Shown here one piece after another: positions 9,920-19,900 of a stretch of 64,000 bases of DNA. A model generated the notes under the pieces. That model was not told the DNA's origin. It saw only the letters and a program-made list of their open reading frames with translations, and ran no database searches. The position numbers and the translations under genes were made by a program. This stretch comes from Diplonema japonicum (taxonomy: Eukaryota; Protista; Euglenozoa: Diplonemea). Location of the stretch: NCBI GenBank assembly GCA_964019335.1, contig OZ025746.1:124001-188000 (forward strand), read 5' to 3'. The number at the start of each line of letters is the position of its first letter. Within the stretch, counting starts at the first letter, position 1.

Positions 9920-11575
9920 CTACTTGCGGGCAGCATTCTTGCAGGCGTTCTTCACAACGCCCAGCATGAGGCCGAAGTTGGGTGTCCCGAGACCGGTGGC
10001 GGCGTCCCAGCCCTTGATGGCCTCCCAACCAGCGGCCCTGTTCTCCCCGATGGCGTTGGTGCCCTTCACGATGTCGGTGAACATCTTGGGGTTCTGGTAG
10101 AAGAGGGGGTTGGCGTAACCGAGGGTCTTCCCGCTCTCGGCGATGCAGGCCTCGTTCAGGAGGGTCACGAGACCGGCGAAGGAGGGGGAGCTGCAGGAGG
10201 TCCCGCCGACGGCGATGGCGCTGCCGCCCTCCACAACGGTGAAGGACTCTCCGAGAGTCGACACGTCGGGGGAACCCCTCCCGGTGGCGTACTTCGCGTT
10301 CGGCTTCTTCACGTTGGAGAGGTAGCTCTGCACCTGCTGGGCCTGGAAGCTGGGGACCGGGAAGTCGTACGAGAAGCCACCGCCCGACCCGAACTGGGTG
10401 GTCGCCTGCTGCTCACCGGTGGTTCCCTCGAGCCAGTAGGTGGACCCCACAGCGATGCAGGTGGGGATGGAGGCGGGGAAGGAAGGGGAGAGCTTCCCAC
10501 CGTTGCTGCCCTGCCTGGTCTCGCCACCACTGCCGTCGTCACCAGAGGAGATCATGACGGTGATCCCCATGGTCCCCATCTTCTGGATGTCGTCGGAGAG
10601 ACGGGTCGTGATGGTCTTCGAGCAGTAGTCGATCTTCTGGCTCCCGTAGCTGATGCTGATGCTGTACGGGAAGGTCGACTCGCCGGTCACGTCCGACCCG
10701 AAGGTACCGAGGTCCGCGCAGAAGTCGAAGTTGGGGTAGGAGTACACCCAGGTCTCGGCGGTGTTGCTGAGGGACATGATGTACTCGGTGTCGAGCATGG
10801 ACTCGATCCCAGGCTGCTGCTCGTTCTTCCCGATGTACTTGCTGATCTTGCAGTCGGAGCCCGCGTCGTACTTGGTGCAGAACTCCGCGAGGTCCTTGTC
10901 GTCCACGTACTGGCCCTGGAACTGGGCGATGGCTTGGATGTTCTGCTTCCCGGTCTTGGGGACGGCTGTCACGTTGTAGGTCTTCCTGAAGACAGCGGGG
11001 TCGACCTTGCCGGCCGCCTGGAGCTTCTCCTTCAGCTTCTTGTCGACGACGATCGGGTTCAGGGGGAAGCCGTGGAAGCCGGCGAAGGTGTCGATGGCAG
11101 CGGCCACCTCGGCAGCCACGCGGACACCGCTGGTGAGACGCCAGATCTTGGCACCGCTGGTGTGCTCGTAGGTCACGAACTCACCGTTCGCCATCTTCTG
11201 CAGCTGGGCAACAGTCGCCTCGGCGTGGATGTAGTCCCCGTGGGGGTGCACCCTCGTCACCTCCACACCGTTGGAGCTGAGCCACTCCTTCACGATCCTG
11301 GTGTGCTCCGCAGAGGGCCTCACGATGTCGCCGATCTCCTCGTACGAGGGGTACTGCAGGTAGTTCTCGCTCTGAGGGTTCGACACCTCCTCGAAGATCC
11401 TGTCCAGGGCTGCCTTGTTCGACCTCTTCACCCCCACCGTCACGGGGAACCTCCCCTCAGCACTCACCTTCTCAGAGGTCGCCCTCCACCCGTTCGGGAT
11501 CATCGAAGGCTCGTGAACCTGCACAAGGGACCCGGCGGACGCTGCCACCAGGGCCATGAAGACGGCCGATTTCAT
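9920..11575 (-). CDS. Sedolisin / tripeptidyl-peptidase I-like (S53) protease, copy B, 551 aa
   Basis: Signal peptide and pro-domain; ESMLD (Glu/Asp), SSGDDG (oxyanion Asp), GGTSCSSP (catalytic Ser), GWDAATGLGTP (Ca site). Confidence 0.93.
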   Translation of the reverse strand: MKSAVFMALVAASAGSLVQVHEPSMIPNGWRATSEKVSAEGRFPVTVGVKRSNKAALDRIFEEVSNPQSENYLQYPSYEEIGDIVRPSAEHTRIVKEWLSSNGVEVTRVHPHGDYIHAEATVAQLQKMANGEFVTYEHTSGAKIWRLTSGVRVAAEVAAAIDTFAGFHGFPLNPIVVDKKLKEKLQAAGKVDPAVFRKTYNVTAVPKTGKQNIQAIAQFQGQYVDDKDLAEFCTKYDAGSDCKISKYIGKNEQQPGIESMLDTEYIMSLSNTAETWVYSYPNFDFCADLGTFGSDVTGESTFPYSISISYGSQKIDYCSKTITTRLSDDIQKMGTMGITVMISSGDDGSGGETRQGSNGGKLSPSFPASIPTCIAVGSTYWLEGTTGEQQATTQFGSGGGFSYDFPVPSFQAQQVQSYLSNVKKPNAKYATGRGSPDVSTLGESFTVVEGGSAIAVGGTSCSSPSFAGLVTLLNEACIAESGKTLGYANPLFYQNPKMFTDIVKGTNAIGENRAAGWEAIKGWDAATGLGTPNFGLMLGVVKNACKNAARK

Positions 11576-11852
11576 TTTAATTTTAAAGGTTCCTGTGAAT
11601 ATGAAAGCTAAGTTGTTTTTTTTTTTTTTTTTTTTTTTTTTCCCTACAAAAAAAAAAAAGAAGAAAAAGCAGAAAAATAACGAAGACTCGGAAGAAGAAA
11701 GGTATTGGAAGAAACACTCCCCCCCCCCCCCCCCCCCCTCGCCCACCCCATTCATTTATTATGTCATCCCATCATATTTTCATCTTTTTCAAGGGGAGAA
11801 GGGAGGGGGTGGGGGATAAACTCCGTTTTTTTTTTTTTTTCCTCTTATAATT

Positions 11853-12847
11853 CTATAAAATGTCACGCCCATCCCTGTCCGGGGGTAAGAACCCGAGGAT
11901 GTAGTCTCGATCCTGTCCAAAATCAGGGTGCGTAGGGGCCAACCAGTGCCACTTGAAGCCGGGGGTGTCCCCGAAAACCTCATGCGTCCTTTCATTCGCC
12001 TGAGTAGCAAGCCCCTTCCGCCGATCGATCCCTGCAGTACCCGTGGTCAGCACGGAACTCTGGTCACACATCATCGCAAGGGTGAACAGGGAAAAAAGCA
12101 GACCCTCCATAATAAGGAAGAACACCTTTTTTTTTTTTTTTTTTTTTTTTCCCCTAAAACAAATACCGGGACACCAAGCTGGCACTCGCTTGAGTCAAAG
12201 AACGACTCCAAAATTTTGATCACCAAACTGTCATCATGCCGCATCCTCCTCCTCCTCGTCGATGGCGGCGGCGGTGGGGACACCTTTAATTTCTGAGCAC
12301 TGGCGCAACTATACGCACGAGACCCCACCAAACCCAAACAGAACACGGAGATCAGAAAAATGTACAGAAGAAACAGCAAAAAGAACTTGTGGTTCATGAC
12401 CCCTACACAGTTGTTTACCCACGGGCAGAAATGGTCCATTTTGGACACGCAACGACCAGTGCAGGAATCGTGGTGGGATCGTGGGGGTTTGTAATTCCCG
12501 CATTTAACACACCAGCTTCGGTACAGAACGGTGCTGCCTGGTTGTGGTCTTTCGCTTTCTTCGCGTTCGGGGAGCGGTCTGGCACCGATCGGGACGGCTC
12601 CCGGGTTTGTGAGCATGGCCCTCCCGTGTGAGGCGCAGGCGAGGACGCCTAGGGTTACTAGAATCGTCTCGAGTATAATTCCTTCCACTGTCCACCCCTT
12701 CCACTTTGCAATAATGTTCGTCACCACCACCACTGCATAGACAATTAGCCCCCACGTTATCAAACCCATGATCAGTCCACAGCAATCAGTCGACAGCCAT
12801 ACCCTTGCATTGTGCGCTGTCCCACAGTTTGGGCGGACTTTGGGCAT
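11853..12847 (-). CDS. DHHC-family palmitoyltransferase (DHFC variant), 317 aa; exons 12847-12167 and 12125-11853
   Basis: CVKCGNYKPPRSHH...RCVSKMDHFCPWVNNCVG with TM helices. A 41-nt GT..AG intron (12126-12166) joins the two ORFs in frame (LGVP|VFFLIMEG). Confidence 0.88.
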
Positions 12848-13095
12848 CTTTTTTTTTTTCCCCCCTCCCCCACCTCCTCTCCTGAAAAAAAATTTTCTTT
12901 AAAATGAAGCGGTAGGGGGGGGGTGTGAAAAATGAAAAAAAAAAGAAAGAAAACAAAACAAAAAAAAAAGAACAAGGGAGAAGAAAGACAAAAAAGTAAT
13001 GGACATACAATGTGAGGGGGGAAAAAAAAAATAGGGGAGATGGGAAATAGTACAACACAATTATTTTTAAAAAAAAAAGTTTTTTTTTTTTTTTT

Positions 13096-13494
13096 TTAGA
13101 AAGGGGCCTGCCTGGTGCCCCATCGGGTCGAAACAGGTGAGATCGGCCATCTTCGTGTGGATGTTGCTTGGTTGTAGTAAGCAAGGTCTTCGGCCTTGTG
13201 GCGTGCCTCCTTTGTCTCGGCTTCCTTTTGGGAAGCGGTGAGTCGGTTACAGAAATCTTCGTTGCTTGCTACTGCGGAAATATTAGCTTCAACGTTTGCT
13301 GCAGCAAGAACTCTGCTCTCTTGTGAGTACCCATCTGCAAAAGTGTACCTAAGCTGTTCAGTAGAGATTGCCTTAGCCCTTGCACACTCCATGCTTGTCC
13401 CCCCTACAGGGAGCGTTTGCCTCACCACCATAGGCACCTCACCCGCATCACCAACAATACGCTGGGGGGAAGTAGCATACATAATAGTGGACAT
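13096..13494 (-). CDS. Hypothetical protein, 132 aa
   Basis: ORF exactly fills a non-homopolymeric island. ATG follows an A-run, as in neighbouring genes. Confidence 0.65.
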   Translation of the reverse strand: MSTIMYATSPQRIVGDAGEVPMVVRQTLPVGGTSMECARAKAISTEQLRYTFADGYSQESRVLAAANVEANISAVASNEDFCNRLTASQKEAETKEARHKAEDLAYYNQATSTRRWPISPVSTRWGTRQAPF

Positions 13495-13667
13495 TTTTTT
13501 TTTTTGTGTGAAACTTTTTTTTTTTTTTTTTTTTTTTTCGTAAGAGCCAAAAATAATAATAATAAAATTTTATATAAACAATGTGTGTAAATGAGGGGAG
13601 GGGGGGGTGAAAACTGAAAAGTTAAACTGAATAAGTTTTTTTTTTTTTTTTTTTTTTTTTGCACTAA

Positions 13668-13758
13668 TTATGTAGAATCATCAGAGTGTTGAAGAGACAC
13701 TACATCGTACTCCTCATCAGAGTGATGGCTACCGTCAGCGTTCTGTGTGGTGTTGTGT

Positions 13759-13797
<39 letters not shown>

Positions 13798-13922
13798 CCC
13801 TCTAGATTCAGCGGTTTAGTTTACTATCTTTACTTTTCCTTCATCAAAAAAAAAAAGAAGTGTTCCCCTTTTTTTTAAGAAAACAGCAGTCAAAAATTGA
13901 AAAAGTTGTGTAAATCATCATA

Positions 13923-13953
<31 letters not shown>

Positions 13954-16900
13954 TTATTATTATTCAGGTTTAGTTTACTATCTTTACTTTTCCTTCATCA
14001 AAAAAAAGAGGTATTCCCCTTTTTTAAGAAAACAGCAGTCAAAAATTGAAAAAGTTGTTTTGAATCATCATATGCATTTTCTTTTGTTTTTCTCTCTCCC
14101 CCCCCGCAAAAAAAGCCATTTTACTTTTTTCAGGTTTAGTTTACTATCTTTACTTTTCCTTCATCAAAAAAAAAGAGGGTTCCCCTTTTTTTAAGAAAAC
14201 AGCAGTCAAAATTGAAAAAGTTGTGTGAATCATCATTCGCATTTTCTTTTCTCTTTTTCCTCCATGCAAAAAATAACCATACTTACCTTTTTTTTTTTTA
14301 ATTCAGGTTTAGTTTACTATCTTTACTTTTCCTTCATCAAAAAAAAGAGGTGTTCCCCTTTTTTAAGAAAACAGCAGTCAAAAAATTGAAAAAGTTGTTT
14401 TAAATCATCATATGCATTTTTTGTTTTTCTTTCTTCTTATATTATTTTCACCCCTGCTTTTGTTCAGAGATTTAGTTTACTATCTTTACTTTTCCTTCAT
14501 CAAAAAAAAGGGGGGGGTTCCCCCCCATTCTTAAGAAAACAGCAGTCAAAAATTGAAAAAGTTGTGTGAATCATCATTCGCATCTTTTTTCTCTTTTTCC
14601 TCCTTGCAAAAATTTCTTTTCAGGTTTAGTTTACTATCTTTACTTTTCCTTCATCAAAAAAAAGAGGTGTTCCCCTTTTTTTAAGAAAACAGCAGTCAAA
14701 ATTGAAAAAGTTGTGTGAATCATCATATGCATTTTCCCTTGTTTTTCTCTTCCCCCTTAAACAATATTACTTTCTTTTCTTTTTTTTAATTCAGGTTTAG
14801 TTTACTATCTTTACTTTTCCTTCATCAAAAAAAAAAGAGGTGTTCCCCTTTTTTTGGGAAAACAGCAGTCAAAAATTGAAAAAGTTGTTTTGAATCATCA
14901 TACGCATTAAAAAGAAAAAAAAAAAAAAACTCCCCCCCCTTTTTTTTTTGCCACGCCACATACATGAGCTGGTGAGCCTGGTACAACCTCCGCACCACCC
15001 AGATCGGGCAAGATATCTTGCGATTCCTCCTGTTCAAAAAAAAAAAAAAAAAATTAAAAAAAATAATAATGAACCAAACCTGATACTGTGGAACAGGCCT
15101 CCTGTCTCTCGGCACAGGAAGCGAAGGAACACTAGGCCTCCTCGGAACATCCCTGGGTGGGGGCGACATCGGCGGTCTAATAGGTGGTCTGGCAGAAATA
15201 TGCGGGATGCTGGTAGATTGCAAGGGCGCGGTTTTCGGCGGTGACAAGACAGGCAAGCGAACTTTATTCCCAAGCGTATCTGAGCTTTCCGACGACTGTT
15301 GTGTGTCACCCACCATGTCCCTTGACGTGGTTGGGGGAACAGGCGCGGTTGAGGCCATCCGTTCTGTCACGGTAATACTTTGCCTATGCTGCCTGCTGCT
15401 CCCAGCTGTGTCAGCCCGGGTGCTAAATTTCAAAATTGTATTTCTTGCACTTACGCCGTTCTCCGTCTCAACCTGAACCTGTACTCGGTAGTGTGTGTTT
15501 GGTTTCAGATCTGTCAGCTCGTACCGACACACTCTTGTTGTTCCCATAAACTGAACAGGACCGTCCTTCTCACCCAGCATTATCTTAAACGTGATTTTCT
15601 GTTGTGGTCCGGTTTTGTTTGGAGCGGTGGTGGTTGTGGAGGTCTGAGCGGTTTGTTGAACAGGTGGTGGTGCAGGTTGCAACATGGCAGGCCGTGCCCA
15701 TTCCAACGTCGCGGTGCTTTTCGACAACGATGTGATGGTTAGGTTCTGAGCTGGTTCCGGTGGGACAGCAGTGGTGAACGCTGCAACAGAGGAGTACCTC
15801 GACCATAAGTGAACCGATTTGTCCATTTTGCAGCATTTTACCCTAAAGCGACATTTTGTCAAAGCGGTTGTTGTTTTGATCTTCGCGTAGCTTTCTGATA
15901 CCGTGTCCACTACCTTCCACTCCAGTGCACCGTCGGATCCAATTTTTTCATCTTTTTTAACCCCTTTGTCCGTTTTGCTAATAGCCTGTTCCACGCAGTA
16001 AAGGTACCTGTTGTAAGGGTCCGGGGGTTCCCAATCGAACGCGATGTAATTGCTGTGAGCTTTTTTGAGGATGGGTTTTCCGGGGGGTAGCGGCGGGGTT
16101 TCGAATACAAGCTCTGTCCATTCCCCCCATTCTTCGTGGTCGTCCTGTGCGCGGACCTTCACCATGTACTCCGTGTTCACGTGCAGCTCGTCTGAAGTGC
16201 AGTATGTTTGGATGTACTTGTAACGGTTGATCTCCATCTCACGTTCGATAGAAAGCTGGTTGTCGTCGTCCTTCCCCGAAGTTTCAAAATCGGGTATGTT
16301 TCCTGTGGAAAGGACCTTTTTGATGGACAAGCTGTACTTTGTTATGAGGCCTTTCCATATTACAACGTTTGGGTCGTAGGTGTGTTGGGCAGATTGAACT
16401 CCACGACCCCATGTGAAGTCAGCTTTGTCCTCGGAGATGTTTGACACAGTGAGACCGAGTTGGTTTAGGGTTAGGAATGTGACAGGATTTGTCCAGAGAC
16501 CCCATTCTCCCTCGCCGTAACACGCTCGGAGGGTTATGATGTACTTCGAATCTGGTTTTAACGAACGAGTCGTGAAAAAATTGTTCGTCTCGAGAAGTTC
16601 TTCAGCGGTCACCTTCTTTTCGTACTGTAAGTCGTGCGACGTTACCACTATATGCCATTCTGTGCTGTCGACTACTATTCCGCATTGTAGCGCTGCTTGA
16701 GGAGGTTCGTCTCTGTCCCATCCTATTGTTATGTAGTTTTCTCCAACGGACTCTGTTTTGATGTTCAGCAGAGGTAGAGTCAACGCGGTTCGTTCCTCTG
16801 ACCAGCTTCCCCATTGTCCTTCGGTGTTTGCTGCGCGAACGATCACGATGTATAAGGAGTTCGGGTTGAGGCTTGACACCTTGAAACTTGTCGTTTCGCC

Positions 16901-19900
16901 GGAAAACTGTTTGTCTACCAACGGTGCGGAAGGTGTGTGTTCCGCGGCGAAGACACACAAATGGTACTTCGTCACCGCCGTTTCGGGCATTACCGGTGCA
17001 GGATCATGCTGGTACTCATCCGCATTCTGCTGGCCTCGCAACCAATTGATGTGGACAAATTGCTCCGCAACTTTTCCGAACGTCACGGAGATCGGTTTCA
17101 ATGTGACTAGTGTTACTTGGTCCGACCACAGCGACCACACGTTGTTCGCGTCGCAGCTTCGAACCCGGACGGAGTACACGGCGTTCGCCTCTAACCGTTT
17201 CACCTTGTACGTTGTCCTCGTCGATTTGAATTTTTTATCCGTGTGGTACGGGTGGTCCACGCCGTACATTTCTAAGTGATACCGTGAAACGTTAGCGCTG
17301 GACCCAACCATGGCTTGGCAGTGCTCCAATTGGTTCTGCAGCCTGTCCCACGACAGTACAACGTAGTCCTCACCGATGTTGCTGATGGTGACAGAAAGCT
17401 TCGGAAGGGTGATTAAAACGCAGGCTTTCGACCATAACCCCCATTGACCGTCGGCACAGGCTCGAACGACCACGTTATAACAAGTTGCGGGTACGAGGTT
17501 CGTCACACGGAATGCGGTTTCATCAGGACCGAACTTGTGGTCGATGTGAAGCGTACCCTCCGCCATGTCTTTCTCTTGCCCCAGAGTGTCCAGTTGATCG
17601 ATTACAACGTGGTAGCCTTGAATCTCCGGGTTTAGTTCTGAGACGCATGACTGCGGGTATTTTTTAGCACCGGGGTCGCGTTCCCATCGAAGTGAGAAGA
17701 AGTCCTCTGCTATTTCGTCGATGATGGCGACCATGGGTTTCAGCGTTGCTACGTGTGTCGCTTCGCCCCAGATGCCGGGTTGGCCTTTGATGGTCTCGTC
17801 CTGTTCTGCTTGGTCATCCAGCTCTTCGATAGCAGGGGATGCTGAAACACTTGTTTTGACAACTTCTATAGGTAGATACCAGTACCTCACTTCAACGCGG
17901 TACCGTTGGTTTGGCTCGAGGCCTTCGAACGTTGCGTTGGTTACCTCTGTGAAGGCTTCCTTAACGACCACCCCGTTCATATCGTCTAGTTTGTCCTGTC
18001 CGGACATCGAGTTGTTCTCCAAAACCTTGCAGTCGGAGATGTTTGTAACGCGGTACTCCCACTTCAACGTTTTCTCCAAGGATCCCAAATGTAGCTCCGC
18101 GTCGCCCCATTGTGGTTGGTAAGTGTGTAGCAGTCTGTGCCATTGGGCAGTTAGATAGTCCTCGCCTGCTTGAACGGCTTCAACTGAGACAACATTTAAT
18201 GTTGCGGTGGCGACGTGTGGTGAGGGTGTGCCCCATTCATCGTCTTTGTAAGACGCTCTGACTTGTACCTGGTACCGTTTGTCCGGGAGAAGCTTTTCTA
18301 TGGTGTAGCATGTAGCTGTTCCGTTGGTGTTGGGAACGTCGGTGGCCCACTCCCACTCCTGGTCGGATCCCAGGAGGGTGATCGTTACTTGGAACTTGTC
18401 GATTTCGGTTTCCGGTGAAGTGTATACAGTTTCACATTGTTGTTCGAGGTTTGGCTCGGCAGATTCGTCTTGAATCGTGAGCGTGGCGTCGGGGGCATGT
18501 CGCCACCACCGTGTCTTGACATAACTCTCGCCAACAGCGTCGACTTCGAGGTTCAATAGTTTCATTGTAAAAACTTCAGCATGGCTTGACCATGATCCCC
18601 ATTCTCCTGCGGCGTTGCAGGCGCGAGCCTCGATGAAGTATGTTGTGTTGGGTGTGAGATAGTTGATGACGTACCTGTTCAAGGTCCCGATGAATGTTTT
18701 GTCCACCAACGTTGATTTTCTATCGTTGTTGTTCCACACTTTAAGGTGGTACTGCATCGTCCTCTCCTGTGAGATGAAGAACTCTGATCCCGCTGTGCGT
18801 TGTGGATAGTCGCTTTCGGATTGCTGGTCGCGTCCCCACTGAACAATCATCAGCTGCTCGGTTGTTTTGATCGGGAAGACCCGCATTTGACGCAGCGTAA
18901 CGATTTCCATTGGCGGGCTGAGCAGCGACCATCGTTCTTTGGGGTCTTTGCTCCTCGCGGAGAAAGCATAAACAGAATCCATGGCCAACCCGCCGACCCT
19001 CCATGTCGTTTCTGCCGGTGAGAAGGTACGCGTTACGTGCATTGCCGCCACGGTACCCCTTCCCTGTACCTCTGCCTCGTACTCCATGACGGTGGTGTCG
19101 CCTTCATGAACGTATTCAAGAAGAGGGTGCTTGCGGTTTGGCGGGCGTGACCATGTGACTGTGAAGGAGTCCTCTGCGACAAGCTCGACTTCGATATAGA
19201 TTCGCTTCATGGTGACAAAGAAACAGTCGGGGGACCAAACGCCTAGTTCGTTTCCGGAAGTTTCTGCTTGAACTCGCACGTTGCATATTCTGTCGGATTT
19301 GAGGTTGTCGATGATGAGAGTAGACACTGAGGGGTCGAGCTTTCTTGTCATGCGGTATCGTCCGTCAGGGCCGAGCACGCCTTTTTCGGATTCGGCAACA
19401 GCGGCTTCAAGCTCGGCAAGACGTTGTCGGTCTTCTAGTTCTTTTCGCCGTTGTCTACGACGGTGTGCGGCCATTTGGTCTTCTTCATCTGTTGCGTCGC
19501 TGTCGACTGATGACGCGTCGCCTGCTGCGGCTTCCTTTTCCTTCTCAGCCTGCGCTGCCTCTTCGGCAGCTCTTTCCGCCGCCTCTGCTGCTCGGATACG
19601 GTTCTTTTCCGCATCGTCCATCAAATCCCGCTCGCCCAGCTCCTCTATGTTTAGATAGTACGCTGTCACGCTCACAGGTATGCTAACCATTGAGGGATCG
19701 TCATATTTGATCCTGGGCTGCATGCGTTCCCATGACACTTCTATCCAGTTCTCACCTATGTCGTTTATTGCTGCGATCATTCTCGACAGGGTCATGCAGC
19801 ATCTCTGTGGGCTCCACAAACCCCAGTCTCCCTTTCTGTCCCATTCTCGGACCGCGAGCTGGTACTTCATGTCGCTGACCAAACCAGTGATTCTGAAACT

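Noticed and set aside
9836-11611. 591-aa plus-strand ORF (and 899-1573)
   Set aside because: Antisense shadow of the high-GC3 sedolisin CDS, with no recognisable motifs.
13885-13902. Sm-site-like AATTTTTGA in each array unit
   Set aside because: T-run length varies from 4 to 6 and the motif is expected in T-rich DNA. The C/D boxes explain the unit ends better.
14279-14288. ATACTTACCT on the plus strand, equal to the U1 snRNA 5' end
   Set aside because: No U1 body follows; it is simply the complement of a 5' splice-site consensus.
13808-14901. CRISPR-like repeat/spacer layout
   Set aside because: Repeats are ~110 nt, spacers are low-complexity and related to each other, no cas genes, eukaryotic context.
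14825-15079. ORF-track C-terminus of the FN3 protein (WFIIIFFNFFFFF) as a transmembrane helix
   Set aside because: It is translated T-rich intron sequence.
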